A DNA stretch of 24,000 bases from Streptomyces cinnabarinus (GTDB lineage Bacteria; Actinomycetota; Actinomycetes; Streptomycetales; Streptomycetaceae), in assembly GCF_027270315.1 (NCBI RefSeq), contig NZ_CP114413.1:96114-120113 (forward strand). The letters are read 5' to 3'. Shown here in pieces: positions 14,439 to 21,340 of the stretch (position 1 is the first letter of the stretch; each line of letters begins with the position of its first letter). The notes under the pieces were generated by a model, which had not been told where the DNA came from, searched no databases, and saw only the letters and a program-made list of their open reading frames with translations. The position numbers were made by a program, and so were the translations under genes.

Positions 14439-15806
14439 TTGAACGCGAAGCAGTCCGCCCCCGTCCCGACGCCGCACACCACGCCCCCGAGCCTGCCTCC
14501 GGCCGCCTCCTTCGACATGCTCGGGCTCCCGTCGGAGCTGGCGAAGACGATGACCGCCCTGGGGGTGACCAAGCCCTTCCCGATCCAGGCGGCCACCCTG
14601 CCGGGCGCGCTGGCCGGCCGCGATGTCCTCGGCCGCGCACGGACCGGCTCCGGCAAGACACTGGCCTTTGGCCTGGCGCTCCTGGTCCGCACCGCGGGCC
14701 TGCGGGCGGAGTCGAAGCGGCCCCTCGCACTGGTCCTGGTGCCCACCCGGGAGCTCGCACAGCAGGTGAGCGATGCGCTGGCCCCGTACGCACAGGCGAT
14801 GAAGGTGCGACTGACGACGGTGGTCGGCGGGCTGTCGATCAACCGGCAGCAGGCGGCACTGCGAGCGGGCGCCGAGGTCGTCATCGCGACCCCGGGACGG
14901 CTGGCCGACCTGGTGTCGCGCCGCGACTGCCACCTGAATCAGGTGCGGATCACGGTGCTGGACGAGGCGGACCAGATGTGCGACCTGGGCTTCCTGCCGC
15001 AGGTCACGGAAGTCCTGGACCAGGTGCGCTCCGACGGGCAGCGGCTGCTGTTCTCGGCCACACTCGACCGCGGCGTCGACCAACTGGTGCGGAACTACCT
15101 TCACGACCCGGTTCACGCCTCGGTCGACCCGGCCGCGGGCTCGGTCACCACGATGGAACACCACGTGCTGAACATCCACGCCGCCGACAAGTACGCGACC
15201 GCGACCGAGATCGCCGCGCGGGACGGCAGGGTGCTGATGTTCCTGGACACCAAGGCCGGCGTGGACCAGTTCACTCGTCATCTGCGGACCAGCGGCGTGC
15301 GGGCCGGCGCCCTGCACAGCGGGAAGTCGCAGCCTCAGCGCACGCACACGCTCGGCCAGTTCAAGGACGGTGAGATCACCGTGCTGGTGGCCACCAATGT
15401 CGCCGCGCGGGGCATTCACGTCGACACCCTCGACCTCGTCGTCAACGTCGACCCGCCGGCCGACGCCAAGGACTATCTGCACCGTGGCGGGCGCACGGCG
15501 CGTGCCGGGCAGTCCGGGACCGTGGTCACCCTGGTCACCCCCAACCAGCGGCGCGATGTGAACCGGATGATGTCCGACGCCGGGATCCGACCCACGGTCA
15601 CCCAGGTTCGCTCCGGCGAGGCGGCGCTGACCTCCATCACCGGCGCGCGACGCCCGCCGGTCGCGGCGAAGAAGAGCGGCGGCAACGCCCCCTTCCGTGG
15701 TCTCGGCTCCCGTACGGGCCGCCCCGCGAAGGAGTCCCGCAAAGCCTCCGAGGCCCGCAAGACCGCGGAAGCCCGCGCCGCGGCCCGGGTACGCAAGGGC
15801 CGCTGA
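14439..15806 (+). CDS. DEAD-box ATP-dependent RNA helicase with a basic C-terminal tail
   Basis: Q-motif region (FDMLGLP...PFPIQ), motif I ARTGSGKT, Ia PTRELA, II DEAD (VLDEADQM), III SAT, VI HRGGRTARAG. TTG start at 14439 with AGGAAGG 6 nt upstream. Confidence 0.95.
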   Translation: MNAKQSAPVPTPHTTPPSLPPAASFDMLGLPSELAKTMTALGVTKPFPIQAATLPGALAGRDVLGRARTGSGKTLAFGLALLVRTAGLRAESKRPLALVLVPTRELAQQVSDALAPYAQAMKVRLTTVVGGLSINRQQAALRAGAEVVIATPGRLADLVSRRDCHLNQVRITVLDEADQMCDLGFLPQVTEVLDQVRSDGQRLLFSATLDRGVDQLVRNYLHDPVHASVDPAAGSVTTMEHHVLNIHAADKYATATEIAARDGRVLMFLDTKAGVDQFTRHLRTSGVRAGALHSGKSQPQRTHTLGQFKDGEITVLVATNVAARGIHVDTLDLVVNVDPPADAKDYLHRGGRTARAGQSGTVVTLVTPNQRRDVNRMMSDAGIRPTVTQVRSGEAALTSITGARRPPVAAKKSGGNAPFRGLGSRTGRPAKESRKASEARKTAEARAAARVRKGR

Positions 15807-15877
15807 CACCTCGGTGCCGTCGGCTGCTGGGACATGCCAGGCATGGCGGCGCACTCCCGCACGGTCCCGTGGTGGCC

Positions 15878-16747
15878 CTACGCCGGATCAGGCAGCGCGA
15901 GCAGCCGGGTGCGGAAGTGGTCGAGGACCTGGTCGAGTGCCTGGCGGGTGGGCTGGCCGGGCTCGTCGATCAGATGCTCCGTGAGAACCGAATGCGGGGG
16001 AAGCAACCCCTCAGGGTGTGCTGCTTCGTCATCGAGCTCGATGCCGATGAACGCCGCGCCGAGCTTCTCGCGCAGCGCTGCGAAGCGCTCGGCGGGCGCG
16101 ATCCGGTCGCCCCGGAAGCGCAGGCCGAGCACGGTCAGACCCGCTTCGCAGCGCTGCTGAATGGTGCGCAGGTCGCTCGGGGAGATGTCGAGGGACCGGC
16201 GCTTTCCCGCGGTGACGGCCAGCGGCAGGGAAGGCTGGCAGAGCACGGGCGCCAGGAGGCGTTCATCGGTGGCCATGGCCAGGGCATAGCCGCCGGTGAA
16301 GCACATGCCGAGCGCACCGACGCCCGGGCCGCCGCACCGCTCGTGCTCACGGACCGCAAGTGCCCGCAGCCACGTGACCACGGGTGAGGTGCGGCCCGCG
16401 GCGAGCGTGGTGAACTCCCGGCTCACGCAGATGTGGGCGAGCGCGCGCAGGCCGGTCATCGCGGCTCCGGTCCAGCCGTGGGCCTTGGGATCGGGATCGC
16501 GTCCGGCAACGCCGAACAGGTCCGGCAGGACCACGGTGCAGCCGATGTCCCGGACGCGCCTCGCGAACTGGGCGACCTTGGGAGTGATACCCGGAATCTC
16601 GGCCATCACGATCACGGCCGGGCCCGTGCCGGAGCGCAGCACGACATGCGATCGGCCTGCGTGCGTGAACGGTTCCCGGGCGAAATCCGTCAGCGTGTCG
16701 TCGGCCACGCGTCCTCCTGCTTCCAGGCCGGTGCTCATTTCTGACAA
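15878..16747 (-). CDS. dienelactone hydrolase family protein
   Basis: Alpha/beta-hydrolase pattern with a Cys nucleophile elbow (GALGMCFTGGYA), and a length and layout typical of the DLH family. The exact start among the N-terminal Met codons (MSEMS) is uncertain. Confidence 0.75.
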   Translation of the reverse strand: MSEMSTGLEAGGRVADDTLTDFAREPFTHAGRSHVVLRSGTGPAVIVMAEIPGITPKVAQFARRVRDIGCTVVLPDLFGVAGRDPDPKAHGWTGAAMTGLRALAHICVSREFTTLAAGRTSPVVTWLRALAVREHERCGGPGVGALGMCFTGGYALAMATDERLLAPVLCQPSLPLAVTAGKRRSLDISPSDLRTIQQRCEAGLTVLGLRFRGDRIAPAERFAALREKLGAAFIGIELDDEAAHPEGLLPPHSVLTEHLIDEPGQPTRQALDQVLDHFRTRLLALPDPA

Positions 16748-16884
16748 CGGACCAGGAGCCTACTCGCAAGTAGCCATCGACGCACCAGTCCCTCAACTCG
16801 ACCTGTCCGGGGTGAACAACACCCAGATCACCGGCGACGGCGTCTGACCACGACGCACCTCCCCCTCGCTTTCGATGCCGGGGG

Positions 16885-17358
16885 TCAAGAGGCCGCCCAG
16901 TCACCCCGATACGCGCGCCACGCGGCCCTGAGCGCTTCGAGTTCCGCGCGGGGGAAGTCCTCACGCCATTTGCCGCGGTAGGCGCCCTCGCCGTACTTCC
17001 CCGCGACCTCGTCGAAGCAACGGATCACTGCGCGGGCCACGACGTCGATGTCCTGCTGGGTGGACCAGATCACGGTCCCCGCGTTGTCGTGGTCACCGCC
17101 GTGGACCATCTCCAGGAGGCGGATCCACACGCGGGTGCCTTGACGGCGGAAGATCCACCGGAAGGCGGTGGGCTCGGCCTCGAACTGCACTCGGCATTCG
17201 GTCTCGCCGACGATCAGCCGGGATACGGCCGTCAAGAGACCCTCGGGGGCGGCGGTGATGTAGGAGGCCGTGACTTCGGCCTCCGCCTCGTCGTCACTGA
17301 CGGTGCACTTGGCCCAACCCGGTCCGGACAGGACCCAGGAGAATCGCAGGTGGGCCAT
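16885..17358 (-). CDS. hypothetical protein (no family recognised)
   Basis: 157 aa from ATG 17358, preceded by AAAGAGGGGA. High GC3 and no internal stops. The track ORF extends to 17424 but lacks an SD there. Confidence 0.6.
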   Translation of the reverse strand: MAHLRFSWVLSGPGWAKCTVSDDEAEAEVTASYITAAPEGLLTAVSRLIVGETECRVQFEAEPTAFRWIFRRQGTRVWIRLLEMVHGGDHDNAGTVIWSTQQDIDVVARAVIRCFDEVAGKYGEGAYRGKWREDFPRAELEALRAAWRAYRGDWAAS

Positions 17359-17526
17359 GCTCGTCCCCTCTTTCGGTCCCGGGTTCCCCGCGCTGATCCC
17401 CGAGAGCTCCTCGCACACCTTCAAGTCTGGAGGATGGTGAGAGGGCTGACCAGCGGATCCCGCGGCACGGGCCGACGCGGGCGGCGACCGGGCGGAAGGC
17501 GACCTGAGCTTCCGGGTTCGGACAGT

Positions 17527-17556
17527 GGCCCGTCGCCCTGAGCAGAGCGACGGGCC
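17527..17556 (-). terminator. hairpin downstream of the aminopeptidase gene
   Basis: Perfect 10-bp stem GGCCCGTCGC / GCGACGGGCC with a 10-nt loop, starting 8 nt after the stop at 17564. Confidence 0.6.
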
Positions 17557-17563
17557 GCTGGAC

Positions 17564-18898
<1,335 letters not shown>

Positions 18899-19081
18899 TT
18901 ACGGAACGTGCGAAACGTCCCGCTGCGTTGGTGACGCGGGACGCTGGAGCTGTGTGATGCCTGTGCCTGGTGCGGCGATGCGAATTGAATATTCGGTGAA
19001 GGTTGACTCACCGTCAAGAGTGCGGCGCAGGGGTCCTGTTGACGCACTCACGGCGCCGGCATGCGTCGCGGGAGGCGGAAC

Positions 19082-19462
19082 TCAGAGTGACGGGAACCCC
19101 GTACGCTCCAAAGCCTTACGGGCGGCCAGGTAACCCGCGATCCTGAAGGCCAGTTCATGGGAGCCGAAGGTGTCGGCGCTGGCACGCCGCAGCACTACCC
19201 GAGTGGCGATCAGGACTCCGATCCCGGGCAGGCGCAGCTGCTCCTCGATACCTACGGCGGCAGCCGCGAAGAAGCGTGGCAGGTGCTCGGCGGGCTGGTA
19301 CTCCACCGTCAGATCCGGGGCCACCTCGAAGACGAAGCCCTCGGCCGCCGGCTCGAAATCCACCTCGATTTCCGCGAATTGCGGCGCGCAGTTCTGCTTC
19401 TGGTGCAGCACGGACACGCCACGGATCGGATACGGCGGAAACCGGGACAGCGCTGACGTCAT
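19082..19462 (-). CDS. small protein resembling EF-G domain IV (stand-alone)
   Basis: 126 aa. Segments QFAEIEVDFEPAAEGFVFEV, PAEHLP...AVGIEEQL and VVLRRASADTFGSHELAFRIAGYLAARKAL align by eye with EF-G domain IV (QYGHV.I..EP...G.GFEFV; PKEYIPAV.KGI.EA; V.L.DGSYH.VDSSE.AFKIAG). The SD is weak. Confidence 0.55.
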   Translation of the reverse strand: MTSALSRFPPYPIRGVSVLHQKQNCAPQFAEIEVDFEPAAEGFVFEVAPDLTVEYQPAEHLPRFFAAAAVGIEEQLRLPGIGVLIATRVVLRRASADTFGSHELAFRIAGYLAARKALERTGFPSL

Positions 19463-19567
19463 GCCGGAACGCTACCCGCTGCGCTGGCCGCAGTCGGCCC
19501 GCACAGCCGTGCCGCGCTTCGTCAGGGCCGTGACAGCGGGCGTGGGGCGGGTGATCAGACGGATGCC

Positions 19568-19599
19568 GCGCGAGTAGCGAGGGCCCGGGTCGCTCGCGC
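19568..19599 (-). terminator. hairpin downstream of the 2-TM protein gene
   Basis: GCGCGA(gta)GCGA-GGGCCCGGG-TCGC-TCGCGC: 10 bp in total with a 3-nt bulge, about 50 nt after the stop at 19648. No U-tract. Confidence 0.35.
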
Positions 19600-19647
19600 G
19601 GCGCGGTCGGCACACGATCCCGACGGACTCGATCGGTCGGACACGTC

Positions 19648-20145
19648 CTAGTCGGGGACCCCCGGCATGCCCCACCAGGCGTTTCTCTCATGGACGTGGG
19701 CTCTTGGGCACGTCCTCCGCCACGTCGTGACTGCCGGGGGGCGGCCTGGGCGCCCGAAGAGGACCCGCTTCCCGTGCAGGCGCAGGCGCAGATTCGCCGA
19801 GTCGACGACGTTGTCGCGGATGATGAGCACCCGGGCCACTTGGTGGGGGTCGTGTTCGGTTGTCCGTCCGCCGGCCTGCCGGAGGCGGAGCCTGGCACGG
19901 CCGTCAGCCTCGCCGACGACGATCCGCGCCTCGACCAGGCGCCGCCGGTCCCACACCCGGTACGCGATCTCCGCGAGCACGTAGGCCGCAGCCGCCCAGG
20001 CCGCCCACGTAGCGTCGGAAGCCGTCCACAGCACCAGGACGAACAGGCCGACACAGCCGGCCGTCACCGCCGTACGCCGCAGCCGCGAAACGGTCGGCGT
20101 CCCCTTCTCCTCCGCGTCCCAGAGCAGATCCTCGCTGATGACCAT
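19648..20145 (-). CDS. hypothetical membrane protein (two predicted TM helices plus a ~90-aa cytoplasmic domain, possibly bacterial PH-like)
   Basis: Start chosen at ATG 20145 (MVISEDLL...) because GC3 drops in the 49-codon extension up to 20292. Hydrophobic hairpin TAVTAGCVGLFVLVLW...WAAWAAAAYVLAEIAY. The layout resembles DUF304/bPH_2 proteins, but that assignment is tentative. Confidence 0.55.
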   Translation of the reverse strand: MVISEDLLWDAEEKGTPTVSRLRRTAVTAGCVGLFVLVLWTASDATWAAWAAAAYVLAEIAYRVWDRRRLVEARIVVGEADGRARLRLRQAGGRTTEHDPHQVARVLIIRDNVVDSANLRLRLHGKRVLFGRPGRPPAVTTWRRTCPRAHVHERNAWWGMPGVPD

Positions 20146-20311
20146 TCCGTCATCATGGCTTCCGCCCCGGCGCCCTGAGAAGCCTCGCGAACCAAGCTGG
20201 GTCCCGGCCCGAGCCGACGCCAAGGGAGCGTCCGAACTCGGCGGATCGAGACGGGTGTTCGGCCGCCCCATCCCACTCATCTGGCCCTGCACATCATCGG
20301 CCGGACAGCTC

Positions 20312-20857
20312 CTACGTGGCGTCCCCGCTCACCCGGGCCAGCGTCGCCCCGCGCAGGCCGTCGGGGTCTACCTCCAGAGCCGCCAGCACATCGAGACCGC
20401 GACCCTCGCCGGCGGCCAGGATGCCGAGCAGGATGTGCTCGGTGCCGAACCTCTCCTGCCCCAGCGCGCGCGCCTCGCTCAGGGTCTGTTCGAGTGCCTT
20501 CTTGGCGTCCTCGGTATAGGCGGGCCTCGGGTACTGGAAGGCCCCGGGCCCGAAGTTGTCGTCGGCCCGACGCTGGATTTCCTCGACGTCGATACCGAGC
20601 GACGCCAGGGCGTCCTTCGCGGGGCGGCCGCCGGTGGCGGCGATCCCGGCGGCCTCCAGGACGCGCAGCGTCTCCTGCCTGGCGCGCGTGAGCTCGACGC
20701 CCTGCTCGCGCAGCACCTCCCCGGCCGTGCTCCCATCAGTGCCGGCCAGGCCGAGCAGGAGGTGTTCCGTGCCGATGAAGTCGTGGCCGAGGGCGATCGC
20801 CTCGTCCTGGGAGGCCACTACGGCCTGCCTCGCGCGATCAGTGAAAAGTTCGAACAC
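20312..20857 (-). CDS. Clp N-terminal (Clp_N repeat) domain-containing protein, stand-alone
   Basis: Two Clp_N repeats (FTDRARQAVVASQDEAIALGHDFIGTEHLLLGL and YTEDAKKALEQTLSEARALGQERFGTEHILLGIL) with no AAA+ module. GTG start at 20857 lies 1 nt after the HTH gene stop, and AAGGAGA lies inside the upstream gene's 3' end. Confidence 0.88.
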   Translation of the reverse strand: MFELFTDRARQAVVASQDEAIALGHDFIGTEHLLLGLAGTDGSTAGEVLREQGVELTRARQETLRVLEAAGIAATGGRPAKDALASLGIDVEEIQRRADDNFGPGAFQYPRPAYTEDAKKALEQTLSEARALGQERFGTEHILLGILAAGEGRGLDVLAALEVDPDGLRGATLARVSGDAT

Positions 20858-20858
20858 T

Positions 20859-21101
20859 CTAGGTCTCCTTGCCTTCGGCTTTGCGCCTGCTCGCGTGCTT
20901 CTCGTGGACCGACTGCCGGCTGACGTTCAGCGACGTGGCGATGCTCTGCCACGACCAGCCCTGGTCGCGTGCGTTGTCGACGTGGACCCGCTCCAGTTCT
21001 TCCAGCAGACGACGCAGTGCGACGACGGCCTGCAGTCCCACTGCGGGGTCCTTGTTGGTGACCTGTCCGGCCAGCGAGGCCGGAGTCTCCTCAGCTCCCA
21101 T
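20859..21101 (-). CDS. small helix-turn-helix DNA-binding protein
   Basis: 80 aa from ATG 21101. HTH-like WSWQSIATSLNVSRQSVHEKH. Apparently translationally coupled to the Clp_N gene. The track start at 21137 falls inside the putative promoter. Confidence 0.7.
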   Translation of the reverse strand: MGAEETPASLAGQVTNKDPAVGLQAVVALRRLLEELERVHVDNARDQGWSWQSIATSLNVSRQSVHEKHASRRKAEGKET

Positions 21102-21150
21102 GACTGTCAGGTTGCCCTGACAGTCAGAAGATGTCAAGGAACCCTGACAG
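21102..21150 (-). promoter_or_regulatory. putative promoter with three copies of a CCTGACAG operator-like motif (possible leaderless transcript)
   Basis: The minus strand reads CTGTCAGGG-TTCC-TTGACA-TCTTCTGACTGTCAGGG-CAACCT-GACAGTC-ATG. TTGACA, a 17-nt spacer and CAACCT place the predicted start at about the ATG. Perfect inverted repeat GACTGTCAGG/CCTGACAGTC at 21102-21111/21116-21125, and a direct repeat of CCCTGACAG at 21115-21123 and 21142-21150. Confidence 0.45.
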
Positions 21151-21340
21151 ACGGCAGCCCGCCGCCACGGGTCCGCCGGGGCCGCCCTGAGCCGCGCCCA
21201 CCGGGCCGGTCACTGATACTGAGAAAATGGGCAAACTCGGGCGAAATGTCCCAGCGAGCCGACAGGGCGACCGGGTGCCGCCGAAGGCCGGACCGCCGGA
21301 ATCCGGCGGGGAGGCCCGTCACCGTTCGGTCGGCCGACGG

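Noticed and set aside
14424-15854. 476-aa minus-strand ORF
   Set aside because: It is antisense to the DEAD-box helicase, whose motifs I, Ia, II, III and VI are all present on the plus strand.
18985-19017. AT-richer patch with TTGACG (minus strand) upstream of the aminopeptidase gene, as its promoter
   Set aside because: The -35-like hexamer is good, but no -10 hexamer sits at a standard spacing (the candidates are GAATAT, AATATT and ATATTC). It is plausible but unsupported.
20146-20292. 49-codon N-terminal extension of the 2-TM protein ORF (track start 20292)
   Set aside because: GC3 is noticeably lower than in the downstream part, and the translation is Gly/Ser/Arg-rich with no features. 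I preferred the internal ATG at 20145.
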